From Candidatus Binatia bacterium (GTDB lineage Bacteria > Desulfobacterota > Binatia > Bin18), in the NCBI GenBank assembly GCA_963666315.2, contig CAXXHG010000032.1, positions 32,001 to 96,000 of the forward strand: a stretch of DNA of 64,000 bases. The letters run 5' to 3'. This document shows positions 24,292 through 34,639 of the stretch, piece after piece. The notes under the pieces were generated by a model that saw only the letters and a list, made by a program, of their open reading frames with translations, searched no databases and was not told the DNA's origin. The translations under genes and the position numbers were made by a program. Position 1 is the stretch's first letter. Each line of letters opens with the position of its first letter.

Positions 24292-25141
24292 GTGGGCGAA
24301 GGGCTCTGTCATCCAGAACGCTATGTACCGGGGGCCTTCATCAAGATAGGGTTCTTTGCCAATGAAGCCGACTTGCTCTATCAGGACGAAGTACGCGGTA
24401 CTCTATTCGAGCAGGTAGACAAGACGATCGACCTGTTATCGTTCAAATACCTGAAAGCCTATATCAGCTATTATAGGGATACAGCGCGTCGAGCAATTTC
24501 TGTTTTCGATGGCAGCACTACGCGAGGCGCTGTTGAATGCGATTGTGCACAAGGATTACAGTAGTGGCATTCCCATCCAGATTAGTGTGTATGACGATAA
24601 GATTGTCCTCTGGAATTCAGGCTAATTGGCAGATAACTGGACCCTGGAACGTTTGCAGGAAAAGCATCCCTCAAATCCCTTTAATCCACTGATAGCCAAT
24701 GCCTTTTTTCGCTCTGGGTTTATCGAGTCCTGGGGAAGAGGTATCGAAAAGATCAATCGTGAATGCCGTTTGATGGGTTCAGAGATTCCAGTTTACAATT
24801 TGGATTTCTCCGGCTTGATGCTCACCTTTCAAGCCAATCAACGCATTCTGGAGCAGGCAGGGAAGAGTATCTGGCGGAGGAGCACATGGAAGTCACAGGG
24901 GGAAGTCACAAGGCTTCTCATGGTCTGTGACGACGAGCTAACACGCAGAGAGCTTCAGGTTCGGCTGAAGCTGAAGGGAGAAGAGAATTTCCGTAATCTG
25001 TACCTCATGCCTGCTCTCAATGCTGAGCTTATGGAAATGACCATCCCTGAGAAGCCAAGAAGCCGACTACAGAAATATCGTCGCACCGAAAAAGGAGAGG
25101 CCATGCTAGCAGTCTTGAGACCGGAAGAGCCCGAGACATGA
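24292..25141 (+). pseudogene. RecG C-terminal-like/HATPase transcriptional-regulator remnant
   Basis: REALLNAIVHKDY, HPSNPFNPLIANAFFRSGFIESWGRGIEKI, MTIPEKPRSRLQKY; N-terminus absent; frameshift and TAA. Confidence 0.75.
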
Positions 25142-25209
25142 ACACCGTCAGCCAAAAGGAAATCCTGACGCAGAAGCGTGTCATTTGGTACACGTCCGAC
25201 TTCTCCTAC

Positions 25210-25560
25210 TCAGGCCGTGGTCCAACTCTCGGACAGAGCCTCAGCTTGCCGGAGTACTAAGTCGATTGCTTCTCGCTGCCCGTCCGGCGGGTATTTGTAG
25301 CGTCTGAGCAGACGGTGAATGAGGTTGCCGATGTGGGCCGAACGCTTTCTCGGATCTGCCAGTCTACAGTTGTACTCCTACGGAGTTGTTCCGTCAGCTC
25401 GGTTGCGAGTACCTTGAGCGTATTGTCTCCGAGTTCACGAATCGCGCTTTCGTTGTTCGCGAGGGCATCATAGAACGCAAGCTCATCAGGGTTCAGGCTC
25501 AAGTCTTGCTCTCTTTGATATGCTGCCTGGAGATCCTTGGCCGTTACGACGAGTTCCCTC
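25210..25560 (-). pseudogene. hsdR: Type I restriction endonuclease subunit R C-terminal remnant
   Basis: LNPDELAFYDALANNESA...TVDWQIRESVR, then shifted RLLRRYKYPPDGQREAIDLVLRQAEALS. Confidence 0.8.
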
Positions 25561-25701
25561 AATGACCTGGGAGGTTTTGATAGCTTGGTTGTGGTATTGG
25601 CGGAGGGTTTCGAGCAGTCGATCAGTGTATTTCTTTTCCTGAACAACGTTCGTTCGGAAATGGCATAATCATGACGCAAAATATTGAAGGGACAACAACT
25701 T

Positions 25702-26110
25702 TCATGTTTTCTCGGGAAACAGACCCGGCAGCCAGCGCGAGGCTAGTACTGCTGGGAAAGTTAAGCGTAACGGCGCGCGCGTGCTTTTGGAAAACAGGAC
25801 ACCGCGTTTAAGAAGGGATGAGGTAACGCGGCGTGCATTTCGATCGCTCGTGCCAAGAATTCCGGTGACTTCGCTCTTTGGTAATTCGCCACGATACAGA
25901 ACAGCCGCAAGGACCGCACCGAATTTTTGCGGCAGTGCGCCCGCTCGGACTTCTTCTTCGGTCCAAATCATAATGCGATGGCGTAAGCGGTCCGGCTGGA
26001 CAAGCTCTTCCATGAAACTGACTTGATCAATGCTGGTTTCAAGAAAGAATGTGGCGAATTCAGCCAATGCTTCCTCACTCAGATTACCGCGTCCGTGCGA
26101 TCTCGGGCCG
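25702..26110 (-). pseudogene. Fic-family protein C-terminal remnant
   Basis: GRGNLSEEALAEFATFFLETSIDQVSFM...RWLPGLFPE; N-terminal Fic domain missing. Confidence 0.65.
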
Positions 26111-26126
26111 AGCAGGGCTACCGGTT

Positions 26127-26860
26127 TTATCCCTCCCCCTTCGATACAACAAAAACGGTTCTGTACGTAGGCGGAAAATTGAGACAAGGCTCAAGGAACC
26201 GCAGAAGAGAGCAAAGCCAACCACTGCCGGTGCGCTTGGTAATGCGTCGCACAACGGGGCCCACAAACATGACAAGAAACCAGATCCCCAGATTGATATT
26301 ACCTAGGACCTGGACTGTTACCCCAGAACGGTCGTCTGAGAGTGAACGGCAAATACTCTCCTTCGTCGGTAAGCCATTCTGCACGTGCTCTCCCAAGAAT
26401 GAGAGATCCTTGTGAAAGAGTCGGTACACCGGAGCTAAGGCAAAGTAGAAGAATCTCTCCAATAGCGCGGCTGCTCTCCCGCTTGGAACTGCGATAAGGA
26501 ACTGGTGGCGCGTGACTCGCAGGGCCTCTCGAATAGCGCTATCTCTCTGGCTTGGCGAGAGATGTTCTAAGGTATCAACGCACACGACATAATCGCATGG
26601 AGCATCGGCCAGAGGAATCTGAGTTGCCGACGCTTGTATCAACCTCATAGAGGTAGGCCGCGTATCAAGCGGGCAATGTGTGTGTCGATTCCAATGATCG
26701 GCTGCTGAGGAAAAAATTCGGCTAATCCTACCCCCCCTGGTCCGATCTCGAGCACGCGCGAGTTCCTCTTGAGATCGGTTTGAAGCTCCTGGCCAATTGA
26801 CGAATACCTAAGAAAAACGTCAATGCCCAATCCGTGAGATGGTTCTGTCCTCGCTGCCAT
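26127..26860 (-). pseudogene. Class I SAM-dependent methyltransferase, frameshifted near 26645
   Basis: VLEIGPGGVG in the first ORF; IPLADAPCDYVVCVDTLEHL in the second. Confidence 0.75.
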
Positions 26861-26902
26861 AAATAGCTTCCTGTATCACAAACGACGAGCATTCTCTGCA
26901 TT

Positions 26903-28381
26903 CTACGCATCTTGGGATTCAGCATAACCAAGGTTCTCAATGTCCTGTGCGTGACCACTGCGGGTAATGGTGTACTTGCTGACCAGATAGATTGAAATCC
27001 AGGGCAGGGTCAGATTGAGCGCCACATGAAAAGTGGCGAGATTGCGCATCGGCTCCTGCATTGATTCTACGGTCGGGTTCGCAGTTGAGAAGCCAAATAC
27101 CGAGAGCAGCATGCCCACAACGAACACTCCGCCTGCGCTCATCGTTTTCTGAGCGAGCGCCGGTCCCGCAGTCAAGAGGCCTTCGCTCCGGCGGCCGGTT
27201 GCGCGCTGACTTTCCTCAACAATATCGGCGACCATAGAGCCGATCAATATGAAGCCGATGACACCGAGCGAAATGAGAAACGAGCTGTGCAGTAAGAGTA
27301 TCCACCACAAAACATCGGTTCCGTTGGCTGGAAACAGCGTCACGGAAAACATTGGATCGAGCAAACGCAGGCCGACTGGAAGCGAACCCAGTGTAATCGA
27401 AAGCAAAAACAGTCCAATCGCGATTCGCTTCTTGTCTCTGCCACGGGTCAACGGATAGACCAGCACCCCACAGCTTATTGCAATCGCCATATGGACAATC
27501 GGAAAGACCTGGACTTGATCCGGCACCCATTGCCAGAAATACAGATCATAGTAGCGGTCCGTGTTGCTGTGCAGTCCTACATATAACGCAAACACAAGAC
27601 CTGCGGCGAACAACGTCAACCAGGAACGATTAGAGAGCGTCTCAACGATTTCTCGCCCAAGCTTTTGGACGCTAAATTTCGTGGGGGGGTCGACTTCCGG
27701 TACATGCAGATTAGGGATGTGGCGATGCAGGCTGACTGTCGAGATCATGCTGGTCGTAAAGATGATCAATCCCCCGATCCAAGCCATATGCCGATAGCCT
27801 TCCGGATTAAGATACGCCCTGGAGCCCTGATACTCAGCAGTCTCCGGCAGGAGAAAGGCGAGGATTATCCATGCGAACCCGGCGCCACCAAACCAGCCGT
27901 AGGCAGTCCCCCAGCCCACCATCTGCGTGCGTTGATCATAATCCTTGATCAGCTCCGGGCCGAGGGCTCCGCGTGGAATTTCGTAGAACGTCATCGACAC
28001 ACGCACCGCGATGGTCAGCAATAATAGCTGAAAAAATAGACCGTCTTGGCTCAGATCGGCCGGCGGCTGGAGGAGGGCATAAAACGACACGGCGAACGGA
28101 ATAATGCCTGCATACATGAAGGGATGTCGTCGCCCCCAACGCGTGTGCGCCCGGTCGGACCATACCCCAACCAACGGATCGGTGATCGCATCGACTACAA
28201 GCGCGAGCGCGAGCGCCAGCCCCGCCAGTGCTGGATCCAGCCCGAGAACTTGGTTGTAATAAACCAGCAACCAGCCCCCGAATACATGGTTTTTCACGCC
28301 GATCGCGATAGCGCCAAAACCCAGTGCATTCAGAGTGCCGGGGCTGGCGCGCTGCGCTTTTAGCGGTTGAACTTCTTGCAT
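26903..28381 (-). CDS. MFS transporter, glycoside-pentoside-hexuronide (MelB-like) family
   Basis: DAITDPLVGVWSDRAHTRWGRRHPF, SMVADIVE, TGRRSEG; many hydrophobic segments. Confidence 0.9.
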   Translation of the reverse strand: MQEVQPLKAQRASPGTLNALGFGAIAIGVKNHVFGGWLLVYYNQVLGLDPALAGLALALALVVDAITDPLVGVWSDRAHTRWGRRHPFMYAGIIPFAVSFYALLQPPADLSQDGLFFQLLLLTIAVRVSMTFYEIPRGALGPELIKDYDQRTQMVGWGTAYGWFGGAGFAWIILAFLLPETAEYQGSRAYLNPEGYRHMAWIGGLIIFTTSMISTVSLHRHIPNLHVPEVDPPTKFSVQKLGREIVETLSNRSWLTLFAAGLVFALYVGLHSNTDRYYDLYFWQWVPDQVQVFPIVHMAIAISCGVLVYPLTRGRDKKRIAIGLFLLSITLGSLPVGLRLLDPMFSVTLFPANGTDVLWWILLLHSSFLISLGVIGFILIGSMVADIVEESQRATGRRSEGLLTAGPALAQKTMSAGGVFVVGMLLSVFGFSTANPTVESMQEPMRNLATFHVALNLTLPWISIYLVSKYTITRSGHAQDIENLGYAESQDA

Positions 28382-28631
28382 TTGCTACACATCCAGCCAG
28401 CGAGTATTGAGATCGGCCCAGCGTAGCGCACTGCTGGTGCAGGGTAACCCCCAGCAGGGGAGCCCCCACATCCAAACCGGTCGCAAATGCCGACCGACTT
28501 CAGCCGAGTCCTTCTTTCGTTTTTATGCAGGAGAGTATAAGGCTACTTCTTAATTGAGGGCTTGCTGTTGTAGGTGTTCCTCTCCCTCTATCGGGAAAAG
28601 GGGAAATGCGTGAGCAAAAAAGGAGACAATT

Positions 28632-29513
28632 ATGAAATACGGCCTACACGTCGGGAATGGTTTTTGCGTGACTGATCCGTCGGTGTTGCGCGACGTAGCA
28701 CAGATGGCTGAGGAGCTGGGGTATGAGTCTATTCTGATCGGCGACCACGTGCTTCCGCCGCAGAAGATCAACAGTCCCTTTCCCCTGCCGGTCGAAAACC
28801 CTCAGCTAGACATGTATGAAAAGCAAACCTGGCCGGACTGTTTTGTCATGCTCGGGTTCATGGCTGCGGCCACAACCAGAGTGCGTCTGGGCACGAGTGT
28901 GGTGATTCTTCCCTACCGCCACCCTGTGGTCATGGCGAAAATGATTACCACGCTGGATCGACTTTCCAACGGCCGCATTATCTGCGGCGTGGGCGTTGGC
29001 TGGATAGAAGAGGAATTCGCCTTTCTCAATGTTCCTTTTTCCGAACGCGGCCGTATGAGTAATGAATATATTGAGGTCATGAAAGCCCTGTGGACGGATG
29101 ATCATCCGCGTATCGATGGACGATATGTCAAGATTGATCGGGATGTCAATTTCGGCCCCATGCCCGTTCACAAACCCCACCCGCCAATTTGGATAGGTGG
29201 GAATTCGATGGCAGCCCTGCGCCGGGTGGTCCGCCTGGGCGATGGGTGGCAGCCGGCTGGAATCACCCCCGATGTGATGCAGCAGAAAATGGATCAGCTG
29301 AAGGGTTTAATGGACGAAGCTGGGCGCGGTTGGAGCGAGTTAGAGATCACGGCAATGGCCCCTACTAGCGCAAGACCTGAGGTCGCGCAGGTGTTTGAAA
29401 AAATGGGGGTAGACGTTCTGTATGGGCTCGTCTCAGCGACCGATACTGAAACGCCGAAATTATTTGCTGAGATCAAGCAGTTTGCAGCCACGATGTCCGG
29501 ACGTGAAGCGTGA
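28632..29513 (+). CDS. LLM-class (probably F420-dependent) oxidoreductase
   Basis: GDHVLPP, AAATTRVRLGTSVVILPYRHP, GVGVGWIEEEF, PHPPIWIGGNS, GDGW. Confidence 0.9.
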   Translation: MKYGLHVGNGFCVTDPSVLRDVAQMAEELGYESILIGDHVLPPQKINSPFPLPVENPQLDMYEKQTWPDCFVMLGFMAAATTRVRLGTSVVILPYRHPVVMAKMITTLDRLSNGRIICGVGVGWIEEEFAFLNVPFSERGRMSNEYIEVMKALWTDDHPRIDGRYVKIDRDVNFGPMPVHKPHPPIWIGGNSMAALRRVVRLGDGWQPAGITPDVMQQKMDQLKGLMDEAGRGWSELEITAMAPTSARPEVAQVFEKMGVDVLYGLVSATDTETPKLFAEIKQFAATMSGREA

Positions 29514-29630
29514 TGCGGAGGATTCGGCAGATTCGACTAGACCGACCACAACAGGATGACATCCACCTTGACGCCTGACAGACCCAATTAGCGCGTCCAG
29601 GCTAAAATTGTGCATGTCCGCGCGTTCATG

Positions 29631-29701
29631 CTTCGACGGGGCTCAGCACGAACGGGTCTTGTCCATCGCCTCTTTGGCCGTTTGCCCTGAGCCTGTCGAA
29701 G
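29631..29701. repeat. Inverted REP-like doublet (cttcgac-ggctcag-cgaacgg family)
   Basis: cttcgacggggctcagcacgaacgg ... ccgtttgccctgagcctgtcgaag between convergent genes. Confidence 0.7.
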
Positions 29702-29767
29702 GGGGACGGCGATAACACAACGCATAGTTTTAAGGTAGACACGCTACTATAGCCGTCTGCACTCCCC

Positions 29768-31234
29768 TCAGGTAGCAGCTTTGACTTCATACGCGTCGAT
29801 ATCAGCTTGCGTGGTACGTGCGGTGAACTCATCCATGGTATAGGGCCAATTGGTGACGAACCGACCGGAACTTGCACGATAGTAAAAATCGTTCCCACAG
29901 TCGGCCTGCCACACGTCGACGCGGCTAATGTCTTGCTGTAGCTGGTCATTAAAGGTTGTCATGACATCCGGGCGAATGTCCATCCAGGCCAGCTTCTCTT
30001 CGTCCATACGCTTGAGTTGGCGCGTGATGTAATCACATTGACGCTCCAACATGAAGAGAATGCTGCCTTGATTGGTATTGGGACCATACAGCATGAAGAG
30101 GTTCGGGAATCCTGCTGTGGTCATGCCCAGGTAGGCTTGGGCACCATCACTCCAGGCGTCCTTGAGTCGTTGCCCGTCACGGCCGGTCACCTCGAGGGCT
30201 GACAGATACGTGGTGGTTTCAAAACCAGTTGAGTAGATAATGGTGTCCACGTCGCGCGTTTCACCATCGACGGTCACGATAGAACTTGGTGTGATCTTCT
30301 CAACGGTTTCCGTTAAGAGTTCGACGTTAGCGCGATTAAACACTGGGTAGTAGACGTCGGAAAACAAGGGACGCTTACAGCCAAATGGATGGTTCGGTGT
30401 GAGTTTGCGTCGGACGTCAGGGTCCTCGACAACGGCGAGGCGCTCCAGACCTGACTTTTCGATCTCGGCGAGCAGCTTTTTATCGTTAAAAGTGCACAGC
30501 GTGTTCCACATATTATAAATGTCGTCGCGATTTTCTTGCACCACGCTCGGGTTCTGACGAAAGTGGTCGAGTTGTTCCGGTGTGTACGGGACGTTATCTT
30601 TGGGCACGACCCAATTTGCGGTGCGTTGGTACAGATACAGCTGTTCGACCTTGGATGCTATTTCAGGCACAAATTGAATCGCACTCGCGGCGATGCCGAT
30701 GACACCGACGCGTTTGCCTTGTAGGTCATCGCTGTGATCCCAACGGGCCGAATGGAATGTGGTGCCCTGAAATTCATCAATGCCGGGGATAGACGGCCAG
30801 ACGAGATTGTTAAACATGCCGAGAGCACTGATCACGACGTGGGATTCGAATTCATCTCCAGATTCGGTCACAACGTGCCAGCGCGCGTCTTCTCCCTGCC
30901 AGTGGATTGATTTGACAGTGGTATTCAGTTGGAGATGCAGCCGCAATTCATATTTGTCGGCAATATGGTTCAGATACGCGAGTATCTCCTCTTGCCCTGC
31001 AAATGGCTGAGACCAGTCATTTTTTTGTTCAAACGAAAACGAATACAAGTGTGATTGTACATCACACTCAGCACCGGGGTAGGAGTTGTGCCACCAGGTG
31101 CCTCCGATTCCATTCCCTTTTTCCAGAATAACAAAATCGTCGATACCAGCCTTTTTCAGCTGAACGCCCATGCACAGACCGGCCGAGCCTGCACCAATAA
31201 TGACTGCCCTATGTTTCTGGTTTTTTTGCTGCAT
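29768..31234 (-). CDS. Flavin-containing monooxygenase (BVMO-type), intact
   Basis: GAGSAG, GGTWWHNSYPG, FQGTTFHSARWD fingerprint, GCKRPL, STGF, FPNLFMLYGPNTN. Confidence 0.92.
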   Translation of the reverse strand: MQQKNQKHRAVIIGAGSAGLCMGVQLKKAGIDDFVILEKGNGIGGTWWHNSYPGAECDVQSHLYSFSFEQKNDWSQPFAGQEEILAYLNHIADKYELRLHLQLNTTVKSIHWQGEDARWHVVTESGDEFESHVVISALGMFNNLVWPSIPGIDEFQGTTFHSARWDHSDDLQGKRVGVIGIAASAIQFVPEIASKVEQLYLYQRTANWVVPKDNVPYTPEQLDHFRQNPSVVQENRDDIYNMWNTLCTFNDKKLLAEIEKSGLERLAVVEDPDVRRKLTPNHPFGCKRPLFSDVYYPVFNRANVELLTETVEKITPSSIVTVDGETRDVDTIIYSTGFETTTYLSALEVTGRDGQRLKDAWSDGAQAYLGMTTAGFPNLFMLYGPNTNQGSILFMLERQCDYITRQLKRMDEEKLAWMDIRPDVMTTFNDQLQQDISRVDVWQADCGNDFYYRASSGRFVTNWPYTMDEFTARTTQADIDAYEVKAAT

Positions 31235-31422
31235 TTGGTCTCCAATCTCGTCTCTTATGTTCGTGTCGCTGGTCGCACGCACCTCACGCACACCACAGCC
31301 TAACAGTTTTTGGACCGTTCAAAGATGAGCGCTATCGACCAGATGCGATACAAGAGAGTAAGGTAACATATGGGAGCCAATGAGCTGGGGCAAGTGAGTC
31401 TGTAATAGGGCCTGACTGTCGT

Positions 31423-32656
31423 TCACCGCCCCTTTGGTTTCCACGCGCGGGCCATCTTCTCCGCTTCCGCGAGTTGCTCGGGCGTCATGAGGTCGACAAT
31501 ATAATCGCGAACTTTGGCGAATTCGATTTGGTCCTCTCCTGAGGCAGCGGTGATTGCTAGACTGATCCCAGAGATGCGCCTGAGCGTAGTCCTGCGGGAC
31601 ACCTTTGCCCTCATAGTACCTAAACGCCAGGTGGTACTGCGCCTGTGTGTCCCCCTGGTCTGCCACTTTGCGATACCACTTCGCCGTTTCTTTGTCGTCC
31701 TGTGAGACTCCTCGGCCCACCGCGTACATGAATGCCAGGTTGGACTGTGCCAGGAGATGCCCCTGCTTCGCCGCCTTGCGATACCAGTCGGCCGCTTGTG
31801 TGTAGTCCTGCGCGACGCCCTGGCCCTGCCAGTACATGACTCCCAGGTTGTATTGCGCATCGACGTAACCCTGCTCCGCCGCTTTGCGCGTCCACGTGAC
31901 CGCTTGTGTGTAGTCCTGCACTACGCCCTGGCCCTTATAGTAATGGAGACCCAGGAAGTACTGGGCACGAGCGTGCTCCTGCTTGGCCGCTTTACGATGC
32001 CACGTCACTGCTGCTGTGTCACCCTGGGCGACGCCCTGGCCCATGCCGTACATGACCCCCAGGGTGAGCTGCGCAAGGGTGATACCTTGCTCCGCCGCTT
32101 GTGTGAGTTGGGCGGGTGTCATGCGGGCGACAAGAGTAGCGCGAGTTCCGGCGTATTTCAGCTGGGTGGCTTTGGCCGCATTAAACGCATCGCGGTTGCC
32201 CTTATAGACGACATTCTTGGCGGCTTCGGTTGCCGCCAGATTGACCCAGACCAGCGCCTGAACGTAATCCTGTGGGACACCGTTGCCCGAAGAGTACATG
32301 AGCCCCAGATCGTACTGCCCGGATGTGTGCCCCTGCTCCGCCGCTTTGCGATACCACGCCGCCGCTTGTGTGTAGTCCTTCGCCAGGCCGATACCATGCG
32401 CGTGCATGACCCCCAGGTTCCACTGCGCATAGGCGTGCCCCTGCTCCGCTGCTTTGCGATACCACGTCAGCGCTGCCTGGTAGTCCTGTACGACGCCGTA
32501 GCCGTTGTCGTACAGGAACCCTAGGTCGTATTGCGCATCGGCGGCACCTGCCTCGGCCTGTGCTCGCAGGTCGGCAGTCCTGTCAGCCCGCACATGTGTC
32601 TCAACACCGATAAATAATACAAGACTAACAAGCATCCACCGCAGTATTGCCCGCAT
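31423..32656 (-). pseudogene. Secreted Sel1-repeat protein with one frameshift near 31570
   Basis: Signal peptide and about 9 Sel1 repeats (AQYxLGxMY..G.GV.QDY..A..WYRKAAEQG) with 108-nt DNA periodicity. The true C-terminus MTPEQLAEAEKMARAWKP is in the shifted frame. Confidence 0.9.
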
Positions 32657-32746
32657 GTTTTCTTTCCTAGCGTATTCCAGCGCAAATGAAAAGTGGTCGC
32701 CTTCTCCGCCGGTATGCCGGAAGTTCTTCTGCTGGTGAGATGACTA

Positions 32747-33235
32747 TTATACCGGCCGCTGAAGGGCGGGAGGGGAGAGCCCAGGGGGCGGGCTCTCCCC
32801 TAACTGCTGGGGGCGGGTTCGCGATAGTGCAGAATTCTTGGGAAGGAAGAAGAAAAGTATCCGAGATGTTCTCTCTCCTGGGCACAGTCTTCTGTGAGAA
32901 CGCGATCTGCGCCCTTCACGCAGGGCCTGCAGATCGTCGAACTGTTCCGGGGTGAGGACAAGCTCGTGTTCCTCGTTTATTGCTGCCCTTTTTGCCTGTA
33001 TACAGTCCATACGCGCGTCGATATCCTCAAGGTCCCGGCACGTGGTGTCTTCCAGGGCAGTTTCATAGATTGCCAGCACTAGGTCAGCCTGTTCGTCGGA
33101 GAGACCGAGTTGCTCCTGCATATGCGCGACCTTATCTTCGAGGCTGCCTCCGAACGGTCCGGCTTCGACCGGGGAAGACATCAGGACAAGACAGCAGAGC
33201 GATAATCCCACGTCAATTACTTTCAGAAGTTTCAT
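32747..33235 (-). CDS. Secreted helical Spy/CpxP (LTxxQ)-like protein; C-terminus possibly read-through
   Basis: Signal peptide ending VEA; LGLSDEQ and VLTPEQ motifs. Confidence 0.65.
   Translation of the reverse strand: MKLLKVIDVGLSLCCLVLMSSPVEAGPFGGSLEDKVAHMQEQLGLSDEQADLVLAIYETALEDTTCRDLEDIDARMDCIQAKRAAINEEHELVLTPEQFDDLQALREGRRSRSHRRLCPGERTSRILFFFLPKNSALSRTRPQQLGESPPPGLSPPALQRPV
32772..32800. repeat. GC-rich perfect hairpin (REP-like or terminator)
   Basis: ggggagagccc-agggggc-gggctctcccc 11-bp stem. Confidence 0.5.
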
Positions 33236-33267
33236 ACCCTATTTCCTTTCTTCACCTCATCGCGTCT

Positions 33268-33304
33268 CTTGTTTACACGCAACAAGGCATTTGGGGTTTA
33301 TACC
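33268..33304 (-). promoter_or_regulatory. Degenerate tandem copy of the ECF promoter motif
   Basis: Minus strand TAAAC-cccaaatgccttgttg-CGTGTAAAC, a near-duplicate of 33332-33367. Confidence 0.5.
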
Positions 33305-33336
33305 GTATATTCTCTCTTCACTTCTCTTCGCCTTGT

Positions 33337-33367
33337 TTAGACACGTAACAAGGCATTTTGAGTTACC
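33337..33367 (-). promoter_or_regulatory. Putative ECF sigma promoter
   Basis: Minus strand GGTAAC-N16-CGTGTCTAA upstream of the Spy-like gene. Confidence 0.7.
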
Positions 33368-33716
33368 AGGGACATCTTAATTCTTGCTTGATCTTCATCT
33401 GGATAGTTGCCGTGGTCTCGATTTGCTCCATGACCGTGGCTTCATCCGGAGTGTCTTGGTCTAAAAGGGCGTTCATCCGTTGGTGTGCCTGTTGGAGTTG
33501 TGGCAGCAGTGTACTGAGTTCGGCTTTGGACGTAGCCATGATTGTACGGATCTCGCCCTGGGTTTCTTCGTCCAGCCCGAGGGTTGCAAACAGATTTTCA
33601 GGCGGTAGGCCGGCCGGAGGACCTAGTGGCTGCGTAAATCCGGGCGTGGAGAGGCTTATGAGTCCTCCCCCAACGAGCAGCATGAGTCGAATGTAATACC
33701 AGGTGAGTCGTTTCAT
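33363..33716 (-). pseudogene. Periplasmic Spy/CpxP/heavy-metal-sensor-like protein, C-terminally truncated
   Basis: Signal peptide, LGLDEET, LLDQDTPDEATVMEQIE; homologous to 62442-62915 but lacks the final LTPEQ helix. Confidence 0.7.
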
Positions 33717-33736
33717 AACTCCGTGGCCCAGATTCT

Positions 33737-34075
33737 TTACAATTCAAGTGCCCATGCTAAGGCGACATAGTCGTGAGGCAAGAAGTCTTCTTCCTCCTCT
33801 TCACCCCAGTCTGTATAGAATTCGGAATTGGGGTAGGGATAGGCAAACAGGGCTGCCTCCTGCTCCAGGCTGCTGAACTGGTTGCCCGGAACACTCAAGC
33901 CCACTACTTGCACCTCCCTGACCGGGGCAGGCTTGTCCTCATAGGGCAGCGCAAACTAGAGCAGCATTGTCGCTGCAACTGTGGCAAGGACAGCGCCAGG
34001 GCGTAGGATTGGACGGGTCCGGTGGGAAATTCGTGCTTCCAGCGTACGATCAAACGCCGCCCGCCGGGCAGCAGT
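33737..34075 (-). pseudogene. Putative membrane anti-sigma factor remnant
   Basis: Manual translation AARRAAFDRTLEARI...GAVLATVAATMLL*FALP...EEEEDFLPHDYVALAWALEL: one transmembrane helix with an in-frame TAG; N-terminus deleted. Confidence 0.55.
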
Positions 34076-34521
34076 CAGTGGATAAAAGCTTCTCGCTGAC
34101 GTTGCGACAGTTGATTCAGCGCGCGGGTAATCCGCTGTCTCAAGCCAGGGTCTCCAAGATTCTCGTCAACAGGAATATCAAGAGAATTCCCAAGAGAATT
34201 CTCTTGCCGACCTCCGTTCCATACCTTTCGGAAAAGCCGCCAGCGCCGATAATTCTGCGCCTGGCGGATGAGTATTCGATAGAACCATGTTCCCAGACTC
34301 GCGTCCGCCCGAAAGGTCTCAAGGCTTTTGTACGCTTTCATAAGAGCCTCTTGAGCGACATCCTCGGCAGCTGCCTCATCGTCTCCAATGCACTGCCAGG
34401 CGAGGCGAATGGCACGCTCACGGTGGGACGCAACAAACGCACTGAAAGACTTTTCACGTTCAGCGGCGGAAGCATCCATCGTAATAGTTTCAATCTCCAC
34501 CGCTGGGTCATGTACAGGCAC
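34075..34521 (-). pseudogene. ECF RNA polymerase sigma factor, region 4 truncated
   Basis: AAEDVAQEALMKAY, FRADASLGTWFYRIL, LNQLSQRQREAF, then abrupt end. Confidence 0.85.
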
Positions 34522-34529
34522 TTTTTTAT

Positions 34530-34560
34530 TTAGACACGCGACACCGGGGTTTGAGTTACC
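34530..34560 (-). promoter_or_regulatory. Putative autoregulatory ECF sigma promoter
   Basis: Minus strand GGTAAC-N16-CGTGTCTAA directly upstream of the sigma gene. Confidence 0.7.
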
Positions 34561-34639
34561 TGGCCCACGCATTTCTGCAAGCGATGCAAGCAATGCAAGT
34601 AGTTTTAGATGAAAAGAAATGCCGTACCCTCAGGAATGC

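Noticed and set aside
31580-32540. Periodic direct repeats resembling a CRISPR array
   Set aside because: The 108-nt period lies inside an ORF and corresponds to 36-aa Sel1 repeats. No cas genes are present.
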